A DNA stretch of 64,000 bases from an uncultured Gammaproteobacteria bacterium (GTDB taxonomy: Bacteria; Patescibacteriota; Microgenomatia; UBA10105; UBA927), in contig CAYMYO010000001.1 of the NCBI GenBank assembly GCA_964394685.1, positions 64,040-128,039 on the forward strand, in the 5' to 3' direction. A model generated the notes under the pieces. That model was not told where the DNA came from and did no database searches. It was given only the letters and a program-made list of their open reading frames with translations. The number at the start of each line of letters is the position of its first letter. Positions within the stretch are counted from its first letter, which is position 1. The position numbers were made by a program, and so were the translations under genes. Shown piece after piece: positions 21,221 to 31,345 of this stretch.

Positions 21221-22813
21221 ATGAAAAAGTCGATTATCATGTTCGTTATACTGGCGATGATCATCGGTTTTGCAGCTCTACCTCTATTTAATTCATCATA
21301 CCTACCAACTCATGACGGAGAATACCATATTATCCGGATTGTAGAATTTTCAAAAATGCTTGCCTCTGGTTATGTATTTCCCCGTTGGGCGCCAACGTTA
21401 AATAGCGGATATGGAATACCGATTTTTGAGTTTCATTATCCGCTCCCTAACTATATCGGTTCATTTGTTCGACTATTCACGCATGACGCAGTCTATGCGT
21501 ATCAAATATCCATGGGACTTGGGTATATCATTGCAGCTCTTGGGTCATTTTTATGGCTTACAAGCCTGTATGGACCGTTTGCAGCAGCTCTTGGAACTGT
21601 CGTGGGAGCATATGTACCCTATTGGTTTGTAGATATATACGTTAGAGGATCTATAGGAGAAGTGTGGGCGATAGCAATACTTTTTTTCATTCTTTGGGCA
21701 ATTGAAAAGAAGCAACATATTTACACTGCAATTATGTATGGATTATTGCTTCTTAGCCACAACATTCTTGGAATGGTGTTTACTCCATTTTTATTCATAT
21801 ATATGATAATTCGAAATAAAAAAGCTATTGGAAGTCTTGTTTGGGGAATTGGCTTATCGGCCTATTTTTGGCTCCCAGCGCTACTAGAAGGGAAATATGT
21901 TGTTGGGCTAAACACTGTTAATTTTAGAGAGCATTTTGTTGCCTTGTACGAATTATTGATTCCGTCCTGGGGGACGGAATTCTCAGGGAGGGGTTTTTCA
22001 GGCAGTAAAATATCATTCCAATTAGGCGTTATTCCAATACTGATTATTATTGCATCACTTATAACGATAATTTTGGAGAAACAGAAAACCAAAAATATAT
22101 TAGTGAAATGGTTCTTGGTATTAGTTGGATTACTTCTCGTTTTTGTGCTGCCTTGGTCAAAGGGGATTTGGGAGGTAACGAGACCACTACAGTTTGTTCA
22201 ATATCCTTGGAGATTATTGTCGTTTATGATTCCAATAACAGCGGTACTGACTGCCTATTTGGCCAAAAAATCAAAAAAACCTTACGTTATGGTTATGCTG
22301 GCTATTTTGGCTGTCATTGCCACGTTTCCCTATACCAGAAAAGTTCACTATGCACCACGAAATGAAGCATATTATATGACTCGAAGTAATTTTACAGATG
22401 GAACATCATCTATGGGAAATAGCTTTTCAACGATTTGGACAGGTTGGAAAAAGGAGCGGCCGGAATCAGAATTAGTTCTTCAAAATGGGAAAATGACAAA
22501 AAAGGGAACATGGCAATATTTGAAAAAAGAATTCAACGTTCGTATGGATGCTGAGGGAATAGTGACACTCAATACGCTCTATTTTCCCGGTTGGATCGTC
22601 GTTGTTGATGGGAAAAAAGTGCCAATACTCTACCAATCTGACGGGATTATTCGTGCCTCAATTCCAGCTGGCATTCATGCTATCAAAATTCAATTTACTG
22701 ATACAGCTCCAAGAACTATTGGAAATATCATATCAATAGCCAGTTTGGTTGGGATCATTGGATGGGGTATACTGACTGTATATGAGAGTCGCAATCGACA
22801 CAACACCACTTAG
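21221..22813 (+). CDS. PTPS-related/YfhO-like membrane glycosyltransferase
   Basis: HDGEYHIIR, PRWAPTLNSGYGIP, VQYPWRLL, YFPGW; paralogue of 15678-17324. Confidence 0.75.
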   Translation: MKKSIIMFVILAMIIGFAALPLFNSSYLPTHDGEYHIIRIVEFSKMLASGYVFPRWAPTLNSGYGIPIFEFHYPLPNYIGSFVRLFTHDAVYAYQISMGLGYIIAALGSFLWLTSLYGPFAAALGTVVGAYVPYWFVDIYVRGSIGEVWAIAILFFILWAIEKKQHIYTAIMYGLLLLSHNILGMVFTPFLFIYMIIRNKKAIGSLVWGIGLSAYFWLPALLEGKYVVGLNTVNFREHFVALYELLIPSWGTEFSGRGFSGSKISFQLGVIPILIIIASLITIILEKQKTKNILVKWFLVLVGLLLVFVLPWSKGIWEVTRPLQFVQYPWRLLSFMIPITAVLTAYLAKKSKKPYVMVMLAILAVIATFPYTRKVHYAPRNEAYYMTRSNFTDGTSSMGNSFSTIWTGWKKERPESELVLQNGKMTKKGTWQYLKKEFNVRMDAEGIVTLNTLYFPGWIVVVDGKKVPILYQSDGIIRASIPAGIHAIKIQFTDTAPRTIGNIISIASLVGIIGWGILTVYESRNRHNTT

Positions 22814-23816
22814 TTCAGGACATAGTAATCGAGGGATTGGTGTATACACAAAAGAGCTTATTAGAGCGCTCCAAACATATGAAAAAGGCCATGAATATGT
22901 CGTTATTAATGGAATAACGAAACAGACCGCTCTTGTAGATGTGGTTCATTATCCTTTTTTTGATCCTTTCTTTCTCACTCTTCCACTTTCTAAACCACAT
23001 CCGACAGTCGTAACGGTCCATGACCTCATTCCTCTCGTATTTCCGGAACATTTTCCTATAGGACTTCGTGGAAATATTAAATGGCAAATACAGAAACAAT
23101 CGTTAAAAGGAGCAAAGCACATTATTACTGACTCAATTGCGTCTAAGTATGATATTCATCGGATTCTCGGACGGTCTGAAGAGAATATCCATTCAATTCA
23201 TCTTGCCCCATCTTCGTTATATGACCGGATCCCGACAAAAGAAGTTATTGTTGCGGTTCGGAAAAAATACAACCTGCCCGAAGATTTTCTTTTATATGTT
23301 GGCGATGTAAATTGGAACAAAAATGTTCCCGGACTTATCAAAGCTACTGCTTCCATCTCTACTCCACTCGTATTGGTAGGGCGTGCATTTCTTGACACAT
23401 CACTTGCAGAAACAAGAGAAATTAACGGCCTTATTTCGAGTCTGGGAAGAGAAAAGTTTATTATCCGTCCGGGGTTTGTGACAGATAGCGATCTCGTATG
23501 CCTGTATGAGATGGCGACGTGTCTTATTCAGCCTTCACTTTACGAAGGATTTGGTTTACCTGTTTTGGAGGCATTTATGAGTGGCTGTCCAGTTGTCGTA
23601 GCAGATAACTCTTCACTATCCGAAATTGCCGGTCCCGGCATCCGAGTGGATGCGCAGTCCTGTGAGTCGATGAGCAAAGGAATACAAACAGTGTTAGAAT
23701 TCTCAAAAGAAAAGCGCGCGCAACTTATAGAATGTGGACACGCGTGGGTGAAACAATTTTCATGGAAGAAAGTTGCTCATGAAACAGTCGCTGTATATGA
23801 AAAGGCTTTGGGATAA
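22782..23816 (+). CDS. GT4 (GT-B) glycosyltransferase, MtfB/WbaZ-like
   Basis: [27 protein letters not shown]; TATACT 8 nt upstream. Confidence 0.9.
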   Translation: MRVAIDTTPLSSGHSNRGIGVYTKELIRALQTYEKGHEYVVINGITKQTALVDVVHYPFFDPFFLTLPLSKPHPTVVTVHDLIPLVFPEHFPIGLRGNIKWQIQKQSLKGAKHIITDSIASKYDIHRILGRSEENIHSIHLAPSSLYDRIPTKEVIVAVRKKYNLPEDFLLYVGDVNWNKNVPGLIKATASISTPLVLVGRAFLDTSLAETREINGLISSLGREKFIIRPGFVTDSDLVCLYEMATCLIQPSLYEGFGLPVLEAFMSGCPVVVADNSSLSEIAGPGIRVDAQSCESMSKGIQTVLEFSKEKRAQLIECGHAWVKQFSWKKVAHETVAVYEKALG

Positions 23817-24894
23817 ATATCGTTTTGTTATTGTCGCGTTTATTATTTGGAGAACTGTACTTTATTTTGGAGAACTGATATCAATAACTGTTCCCATATA
23901 TTCAAAAACATATATGGGACTTATTCCATGGGCGAATACGGACGGACTAAATTACATAAGAATTGCCCAGTGGGGATACGGACACTTAAACGAAGCATTT
24001 TTTCCCTTGTACCCACTCATCCTTCGGGGTATTCACTCTATTATTCCGTTGTCGTTTGAAACTATCGGTGTCGTTGTTTCTACTGCCTGTTTTTTCATTG
24101 GGCTTACTGTGTTGTATGGGATAGTAGCACAATTGTCAATTAAGAAAGCAAGATGGGTAGTTGTATGTATTCTTTCTTTTCCTACCGCATTTTTCTTCAC
24201 CGCTGTGTATACGGAGGCACTATTTTTTTTGTTAACAGTGCTGGTACTCTATTTTTCACACAAAAAGAACTGGTTATTGGCAGGCGTGTGCGTGAGTCTG
24301 GCAAGTGCCACTCGTATGATTGGCATATGCACCGCAATATTTGTTCTTTATGAACTATGGAAGGCGAAATACAAGCTCAAACTTTTTGATATTGTCGGAC
24401 TCCTCGTTATGCCTATGGGGCTTCTTTCCTATATGTATTATTTATTTATTCAGTATGGAGATCCACTACGGTTTGTCCATATTCAGGCATTGTATGAGAT
24501 AAATAGAAGCGTAGGACGCTTCATCTTTCTTCCACAAGTAGTATGGAGATATTTAAAAATTCTGGTTCTCGCTGTCGGAAAACCGACCATTGTGGCATAT
24601 GGCGTTTCGATTGTTGAATTTGTGTTGACAATGGGCGCTTTTTTTCTGCTTTATTACGGGTGGAAAAAGAAGGTGAAATTAAGTTATGTGCTTTATAGCT
24701 TAGTTGTGTTAATTATTCCAACGCTCACAGGTACGTTTGCGTCAATGCCCCGATATATTCTTACGATTATTCCGTTATCTATCATTCTTACGCATATTCC
24801 AAGGAATTCTATTAAATACGTTCTTATTAGTATATTTTCTATTCTCCAACTAGTATCGGTAATGTTATACTTGCGAGGTTGGTTTATTGCATGA
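23797..24894 (+). CDS. GT-C mannosyltransferase (PIG-V/GT76-like)
   Basis: WANTDG..Y..IA..GY, AFFPLYP, FPTAFFF..VYTE.LF, SMPRY. Confidence 0.8.
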   Translation: MKRLWDKYRFVIVAFIIWRTVLYFGELISITVPIYSKTYMGLIPWANTDGLNYIRIAQWGYGHLNEAFFPLYPLILRGIHSIIPLSFETIGVVVSTACFFIGLTVLYGIVAQLSIKKARWVVVCILSFPTAFFFTAVYTEALFFLLTVLVLYFSHKKNWLLAGVCVSLASATRMIGICTAIFVLYELWKAKYKLKLFDIVGLLVMPMGLLSYMYYLFIQYGDPLRFVHIQALYEINRSVGRFIFLPQVVWRYLKILVLAVGKPTIVAYGVSIVEFVLTMGAFFLLYYGWKKKVKLSYVLYSLVVLIIPTLTGTFASMPRYILTIIPLSIILTHIPRNSIKYVLISIFSILQLVSVMLYLRGWFIA

Positions 24895-25577
24895 AAACAG
24901 TATCTATTATCATACCGGTATACAACGAAGAACAAACGATTCAAGAAATACTTATGCGCGTTGAATCGGTTGATCTTCCAAATTGGAAAAAGGAAATCAT
25001 CGTTATTGACGATGGTTCTACTGATAAAACAAAAACTATACTGCGAAAATGGGAAAAGAAAGTTGAAGTGATATACAAAGCGAAAAATGAAGGAAAGGGA
25101 AGTGCGGTGAGTATCGGATTATCAAGGGTAACAGGAGATATTATTCTCATTCAGGATGCTGATTTGGAATATAGTCCAAAGGACTACCTAACACTTTTTG
25201 CGCCATTTGATAATCCTCAGGTACATGTTGTCTATGGTTCTCGTTTCTTAGGATCGCATTTATCTACCATGTATCTGTATGCGCAAGGAAATAAGTTTGT
25301 TACATTTATAACAAATATCCTTTTTAACACCAATATTACGGATATGGAAACAGGGTATAAAGCGGTAAAAAGAGAGGTGATTGATGGATTAACGTTGAAA
25401 TCGAAACGCTTTGATATGGAACCGGAACTAACCGCGAAAATATTAAAAAAAGGATATCAAATATATGAAGTGCCAATATCCTATTTTGGTCGTAAATTTT
25501 CCGAAGGGAAAAAACTAACGTGGCGGGATGGAATCGTTGCATTTTGGACTCTTATTAAATACAGGTTTACAGATTGA
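24891..25577 (+). CDS. GT2 polyprenol-phosphate glycosyltransferase (DPM1-like)
   Basis: IPVYNEE, DDGSTD, GKGSA, IQDADLEY, YGSRF, TDMETGYK. Confidence 0.9.
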   Translation: MKTVSIIIPVYNEEQTIQEILMRVESVDLPNWKKEIIVIDDGSTDKTKTILRKWEKKVEVIYKAKNEGKGSAVSIGLSRVTGDIILIQDADLEYSPKDYLTLFAPFDNPQVHVVYGSRFLGSHLSTMYLYAQGNKFVTFITNILFNTNITDMETGYKAVKREVIDGLTLKSKRFDMEPELTAKILKKGYQIYEVPISYFGRKFSEGKKLTWRDGIVAFWTLIKYRFTD

Positions 25578-25578
25578 T

Positions 25579-26838
25579 ATGAACATCAGGAACGTACTGA
25601 AACGAATTAGCTCTCACTCGCTTGCAAAAGACAGTGTCATTGTTTTGGCTGGATCTATGGGGGCAAACGTTGGCTCCTACCTTTACCATCTGGTGATGGG
25701 GCGATTGCTTGGACCAATTGGATATGGTGAATTGTCATCACTTTTATCCATTTTTTACATTTTTACTGTTCCTCTTAATGTTGGCGCAATAGTACTCGTT
25801 AAATTTATTTCTTCAATGAAAGCGCGAAGCCAACTCGGACAAGTGCAGACGCTTTTCGTTAAAGTGACAAAAGCTTGTCTTATCGGATGCATGGTTGTTT
25901 TTCCTATTATTATTTTAACGTCACCGTTTATTAGTACGTTTTTGCACATAGATTCAACCATATTATTTATCCTTGTCTATATTATCTTTGTTTTTTCATT
26001 ATTAACAGTCATTGCAGGAAGCGCGCTTCAAGGATACCAGAAATTTTTATGGGTAAGTATTTTAGGAGCCGGATCGATACTCGTGAAGCTTGTTTTGAGT
26101 ATTCCCGTGGTTACGTGGGGGGTATACGGAGTGCTTCTTGCGACGGTCGGATCAACAATGGTCATGTATCTTCTCTATTTCCTTCCTCTGCGGTTTATTT
26201 TTCAAATAAAAGCATCACCGCTTACCCTCACTGTTCGAGAGGCAATGCGTTATGCGGTACCAACGCTTCTAATTATTCTTGGTATGACCTCATTATATTC
26301 AACAGATATGATATTAGTTCGTCACTTTCTCCCCGCTCATGAAGCGGGGTTATATGCATCCTTAACGGTTCTTGGAAAGATTATTTTTTATGCCTCTTCA
26401 GCAATATCGATTGTTATATTCCCGGTGTTATCTGAACGTACGACAAAAGGGGAAAAAGGAACAAAGCTTATATTTATTGGCTTGGGGACTGTTACAGCCG
26501 TATCAGCAGGGATTACACTTCTCTATTTTGCATTTCCTGAGTTTATTATCCGTACGTTTTTTGGAAGTTCCTATATTCAGGGAGCACCGCTTTTGGGTTT
26601 GTTTGGAGTATTTTTAGTGTTGTATTCGATTGGAAACATGTTTACGACCATATGTATGGCCTTAAGCAAACTGACTATGTGGTTTGTTCCGGTTGTTTGT
26701 GCCGTTATTCAAATTATTGGCATAACCCTCTATCATAATTCCGTAACAAGCGTCATTTGGGTGAATATCGTTTCCTGTCTTCTATTAGTTGTAAGCCTTT
26801 TAGGGTATTATAGGAAACAAATCTATGAAAAAGTTTAG
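25579..26838 (+). CDS. wzx: Wzx-like oligosaccharide flippase (MATE/polysaccharide biosynthesis family)
   Basis: About 12 TM; GRLLGP..YG, D.ILVRHFL...AGLY. Confidence 0.75.
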   Translation: MNIRNVLKRISSHSLAKDSVIVLAGSMGANVGSYLYHLVMGRLLGPIGYGELSSLLSIFYIFTVPLNVGAIVLVKFISSMKARSQLGQVQTLFVKVTKACLIGCMVVFPIIILTSPFISTFLHIDSTILFILVYIIFVFSLLTVIAGSALQGYQKFLWVSILGAGSILVKLVLSIPVVTWGVYGVLLATVGSTMVMYLLYFLPLRFIFQIKASPLTLTVREAMRYAVPTLLIILGMTSLYSTDMILVRHFLPAHEAGLYASLTVLGKIIFYASSAISIVIFPVLSERTTKGEKGTKLIFIGLGTVTAVSAGITLLYFAFPEFIIRTFFGSSYIQGAPLLGLFGVFLVLYSIGNMFTTICMALSKLTMWFVPVVCAVIQIIGITLYHNSVTSVIWVNIVSCLLLVVSLLGYYRKQIYEKV

Positions 26839-27616
26839 TTTGATTGTTCCGGTTTATAAACAGGAAAAGACAATTAAGGAAAATATCCTTTCCATTCTTG
26901 ATACGCTGTCAAAAGTTGCGATTCCGTTTGAAATCATTCCGGTTATTGATGGGAAACTAGATAACAGTGAACGGGAAATAAGAAAGATTAAAGATTTACG
27001 TGTTCAGGTTGTTGGGTATAAGAATAATCATGGAAAGGGATATGCGGTCAGATACGGGTTTGCCCATGCCGATGGAGATGTTGTCGGGTTTATGGACGCA
27101 GGCGGAGACTTAAAACCGGAAGCGCTTCCAGTCATGCTTGCTCAGTTTGAGTTTCAAGATGCGGATGTAGTACTGGGCAGTAAACGGCACCCTGATTCAA
27201 AAGTCGACTACCCAACGTATAGGATAATTCTTTCCTGGGTCTACCAAAAGTTTGTGAAACTGTTGTTTGGTCTTGAGGTTCGCGATACGCAAGTTGGTAT
27301 GAAATTATACAAACGAAAGTTACTTGAAGATGTGCTTCCGCGACTTCTGGTAAAACAGTTTGCGTTTGATATTGAGATTCTTGCTGTGGCGTACCATTTG
27401 GGGTACAGAAAAATATATGAATCACCTGTAGAGATAAACTTTTTCTTTTCAAAAACAAGTATTGTTTGGTCAAAATTGTCTCGAGTTATCTATAATGTGA
27501 TAGCTGATACGTTGGCCGTGTTTTATAGGTTGAAGATTAGGCGATATTACGATAATGCTTCAAAACGGAAATGGCGGTTTGATCCGGAATTGAACTTTCG
27601 AATTAATATAGGTTAG
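26825..27616 (+). CDS. GT2 polyprenol-phosphate glycosyltransferase (ALG5/DPM-like)
   Basis: GKGYAVRYG, FMDAG.D, GSKRH, RDTQVG.K, FAFDIEIL. Confidence 0.85.
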   Translation: MKKFSLIVPVYKQEKTIKENILSILDTLSKVAIPFEIIPVIDGKLDNSEREIRKIKDLRVQVVGYKNNHGKGYAVRYGFAHADGDVVGFMDAGGDLKPEALPVMLAQFEFQDADVVLGSKRHPDSKVDYPTYRIILSWVYQKFVKLLFGLEVRDTQVGMKLYKRKLLEDVLPRLLVKQFAFDIEILAVAYHLGYRKIYESPVEINFFFSKTSIVWSKLSRVIYNVIADTLAVFYRLKIRRYYDNASKRKWRFDPELNFRINIG

Positions 27617-27646
27617 GGATATGGACAATAAGCATAAAGTAATATC

Positions 27647-28756
27647 ATGAGAATTTTAATATTAAATTGGCGAGATTTAACTCATCCGCGAGCGGGTGGA
27701 GCGGAGCTTGTGACCATGGAACATGCAAAAGGATGGGTAAAGGCTGGCCACAGCGTTACATGGCTGACCGGTTGGTACGGAGGAAAAAAAGAAGAACTTG
27801 TTGATGGTGTTCATATGGTCCGGAGAGCCGGATCGCTTACCATTTATTTGTACGCAATGGTATACCTTCTTATCAACAGTAGATTAATTGATGTTATTGT
27901 TGACGAAGCGCATGGATTTCCATTTTTTTCTCCTTTATTTACGAAAAAACCGGTTGTATTGTTTATTCATGAAATAGCTGGAGAAATATGGGACTATATG
28001 TTCCCATTTCCCAAAAATATCATCGGAAAATTTTTGGAATCGACATATTTCAGGTTGTATAAAAAGTGTTATGTTTGGACAGATGCACCGTCAACAGTTG
28101 ATGAACTCGTTGGGCGGGGAATCCCACGGAATCGCTGCTTTGCAATACCGTGCCCAATTGTGTATGTAAATCCAACAAGAACAGTATTTCACAAAGAAAT
28201 GAACCCAACGTTTATTTTTGTTTCGCGGGTGGTACGCATGAAAGGTATTGAAGAGGTGATTAAAGCATTTTCTTTTATCTGTCGCGAGAAACCTAAATCA
28301 AAACTATGGATTGTCGGAGGGGGAGAAGATGCGTATGTGCAGGAGCTTAAAGAAATGATATCTGAATATGGTATTGAAAAAAATCTGATGTGGTATGGCA
28401 TACTAACAGAGGCGAAAAAATATGAACTGATGTCGCGAGCCCATTTGCTTCTTCACGCATCCGTGAAAGAAGGATGGGGGCTCGTCGTACTTGAAGCTGC
28501 TTCTGTGGGTACGCCAGCTGTTGTTTATAATGTGGGAGGATTGAAAGATGTGGTAAAGAATGGGACAACAGGTATTGTCATATCCGATAATTCACCTTTG
28601 ACCATGGCTTCGAATGCGCTTACATTAATGAGCGACAAAAAACGATACGAATTATATCAAGAAAATGGAAAAAAATGGGTTATGTCTCTTTCCTGGAAGC
28701 AAAGTATTGATCAAAGTGAGGAATTGTTAAGGAAAGCGGTTGAGAGTATACTTTGA
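27647..28756 (+). CDS. GT4 glycosyltransferase
   Basis: NWRDL.HP.AGGAE, EGWGLVVLEA. Confidence 0.9.
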   Translation: MRILILNWRDLTHPRAGGAELVTMEHAKGWVKAGHSVTWLTGWYGGKKEELVDGVHMVRRAGSLTIYLYAMVYLLINSRLIDVIVDEAHGFPFFSPLFTKKPVVLFIHEIAGEIWDYMFPFPKNIIGKFLESTYFRLYKKCYVWTDAPSTVDELVGRGIPRNRCFAIPCPIVYVNPTRTVFHKEMNPTFIFVSRVVRMKGIEEVIKAFSFICREKPKSKLWIVGGGEDAYVQELKEMISEYGIEKNLMWYGILTEAKKYELMSRAHLLLHASVKEGWGLVVLEAASVGTPAVVYNVGGLKDVVKNGTTGIVISDNSPLTMASNALTLMSDKKRYELYQENGKKWVMSLSWKQSIDQSEELLRKAVESIL

Positions 28757-28765
28757 TGTATTGCT

Positions 28766-29878
28766 ATGACTATTCCATTTGTCGACTTGAAAATTCAGTA
28801 TCAAAGTATAAAAAAGCAAATAGATGCCGCAATTTCCGAAGTGATCACCAACACCCGATTTATCCAGGGAAAGGAAGTGGCTCTTTTTGAACAGGAATTT
28901 GCTACGTTTCTTGGAGCTACGTATTGTATTGGAGTCAATTCAGGAACTGATGCACTCATATTGGGAATTCGTGCTTTAGAATTACATCCGGGAGATGAAG
29001 TTATTGTTCCAGTGAATACGTTTATCGCAACGGCTCTTGGTGTATCTGAAAATAAATTAAAACCAGTATTTGTTGATATGGATCCGGAAGACTACGGTAT
29101 GGATCTAAGGGATCTGGAAAAGAAAATGACATCCAAAACCGGGGCTATTCTTCCTGTTCATTTATTCGGCCAGCCGGAAAAAGTTGATGAGATCAAAGAA
29201 ATCATAAAAAAATCTGGTAATAAGATGTATCTTATTGAAGATGCGTGTCAGGCACACGGAGCAATATATAAAGGGAAAAAGGTCGGTACGATGGGAGTAT
29301 TCAGCGCCTTTTCGTTTTATCCGGGAAAGAATCTAGGTGCATATGGAGACGGTGGAGCAATTGTAACAAATGATGCGAAACTTGCACAAATGTATCATAT
29401 GCTTCGGGAGTATGGTTCCAAAGTTAAGTATATTCACGAAACAGTTGGAACAAATACGCGTCTTGACACGATTCAAGCAGCTGTTCTTCGGGTAAAACTC
29501 CAGCATCTTGAGAAGTGGAACAAACAAAGGCAGCAAAACGCAAGATTTTATACAACGTTACTGCATAAAGAACTGCCGAATATTAAAACTCCACTAAGTA
29601 TTTCCAGTCGGGAGTCTGTGTTTCATTTATATGTTATAGAAGTGGATAAACGTGATGAACTACTTGCATATCTTAATGACCACGGTGTACAAGCACTCAT
29701 TCATTATCCTATTCCACTCCATATGCAAAAAGCATTTAAAGAGCTAGGGTACAAAAAAGGAGATTTTCCAAACGCAGAAAAGAGCGCCAAACGCATGGTG
29801 TCGCTTCCGATGTTTCCTGAACTCACCAAACAACAGATGGAATATGTAGTTGGTACAATAAAAGATTTTTATGAATGA
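28766..29878 (+). CDS. DegT/DnrJ/EryC1/StrS PLP aminotransferase (WbpE/GnnB/FdtB-like, C3)
   Basis: EDACQAHGA, FSFYPGKNLGAYGDGG. Confidence 0.9.
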   Translation: MTIPFVDLKIQYQSIKKQIDAAISEVITNTRFIQGKEVALFEQEFATFLGATYCIGVNSGTDALILGIRALELHPGDEVIVPVNTFIATALGVSENKLKPVFVDMDPEDYGMDLRDLEKKMTSKTGAILPVHLFGQPEKVDEIKEIIKKSGNKMYLIEDACQAHGAIYKGKKVGTMGVFSAFSFYPGKNLGAYGDGGAIVTNDAKLAQMYHMLREYGSKVKYIHETVGTNTRLDTIQAAVLRVKLQHLEKWNKQRQQNARFYTTLLHKELPNIKTPLSISSRESVFHLYVIEVDKRDELLAYLNDHGVQALIHYPIPLHMQKAFKELGYKKGDFPNAEKSAKRMVSLPMFPELTKQQMEYVVGTIKDFYE

Positions 29879-30326
29879 TAATTTATATCAATCCATTGTA
29901 AACGTAAAAATTGGCAAGCGCACAAAACTGTGGAGATACGTCAATCTTTATGGGTGCACCATTGGTGATGACTCAATGATCGGCACGTATGTTGAGATTC
30001 AAAGCGGGGTGACGGTTGGAAATAAGGTTCGTATTCAATCACATACGTTTATTTGTGAGGGAGTTACCATCGAAGATAATGTTTTTATCGGACACGGTGT
30101 GATGTTTATCAACGATAAATATCCGCGCGCAGAAGGAGATTGGAAGCTTCTTAAAACAGTTATCAAAAAAGGAGCATCTATCGGTTCAAACGCGACAATT
30201 CTTGGAGGAGTTACAATTGGAGAGGGTGCGCTTGTGGGTGCAGGGAGTGTTGTCACAAAAGATGTTTCTGCGTATACGGTCGTTGTGGGTAATCCAGCAA
30301 AATTTCTTAAAACAATAAATATATGA
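29871..30326 (+). CDS. Left-handed beta-helix N-acetyltransferase (WbpD/FdtC-like)
   Basis: Hexapeptide repeats, FINDKYPR, GAGSVVTKDV..VVGNPA. Confidence 0.85.
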   Translation: MNDNLYQSIVNVKIGKRTKLWRYVNLYGCTIGDDSMIGTYVEIQSGVTVGNKVRIQSHTFICEGVTIEDNVFIGHGVMFINDKYPRAEGDWKLLKTVIKKGASIGSNATILGGVTIGEGALVGAGSVVTKDVSAYTVVVGNPAKFLKTINI

Positions 30327-31345
30327 AAAAAATTGCACTGATTGGTTGGGGGTATTGGGGTAGAAATTACGCAAAGTATTTCGATGTTAAATTGGATGCA
30401 GAGCTTTCCTATGTGTGTGATTTGCGGGAGGACATGTTGATGGATGCAAAGCGTCTGTATCCGCATATTACTGTTACAAAAAATATTCAAGATTGTATTA
30501 CAAATAAAGTTGACGGTGTTATTCTCGCATCTCCCGCCAGTATCCACTTCAAACTTGCGTCGATCCTTCTAAACGCACGCATTCCAGTTCTTATTGAAAA
30601 GCCATTAACAGATTCTTTAAAAACTTCACAAGAATTAGCAGTACTTGCAAAAAAAACGAATACAAAGATACTTGTTGGACACACGTTCTTATATAATCAG
30701 TCGGTTCGATACCTGAAATCAGAAATAGATAAAGGAAATTTCGGAAAGCTCTATTATCTCGAGTTTAAACGGCAGAGTTATGGTCCCATACGGGATGACG
30801 TGAACATTGCGTGGGATTTCGCTCCGCATGATGTCGCAATTTCACGATATCTTCTTGGCAACATTGACCCAATATCCATTTACGCGACCGCTGGGAAATT
30901 TTCAAAAAATGATAAAGAGGATATCGCTATCATAGTCATGAAATTTCCGGGTAATGTGATGGTGAACATCAATGTTGCGTGGTTGTATCCGATCAAGATT
31001 AGAAATCTTACCGTGCTGGGAAATAAAAAAATGGCGATGTTTGAGGATATTAATAGTTCTGAGCCGGTTAAAATATTTGATACGACACTCCATTATCCAA
31101 AAGAAAACGATCCAGCGGGTGCATCATTTCGATTAGGAGATATTCATATCCCGCGAATTCCAGCAATTGACCCCTTAGCGACGCAACTTCGGCATTTCGT
31201 CTCCTATCTCAAAGGAGAAGAGCAGCCGCTGACGCCAATTGAAGATGGAGTATCGGTAGTTGCGATCCTTGAAGCAATCAACCAGTCAATTCAAACAGGA
31301 AAAGAAATTATATTTCGTACTTGGCTGACCTCACATGAAAAATGA
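30323..31345 (+). CDS. Gfo/Idh/MocA oxidoreductase (WbpB/GnnA-like)
   Basis: GWGYWG Rossmann motif, IEKP, DFAPHD. Confidence 0.85.
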   Translation: MKKIALIGWGYWGRNYAKYFDVKLDAELSYVCDLREDMLMDAKRLYPHITVTKNIQDCITNKVDGVILASPASIHFKLASILLNARIPVLIEKPLTDSLKTSQELAVLAKKTNTKILVGHTFLYNQSVRYLKSEIDKGNFGKLYYLEFKRQSYGPIRDDVNIAWDFAPHDVAISRYLLGNIDPISIYATAGKFSKNDKEDIAIIVMKFPGNVMVNINVAWLYPIKIRNLTVLGNKKMAMFEDINSSEPVKIFDTTLHYPKENDPAGASFRLGDIHIPRIPAIDPLATQLRHFVSYLKGEEQPLTPIEDGVSVVAILEAINQSIQTGKEIIFRTWLTSHEK

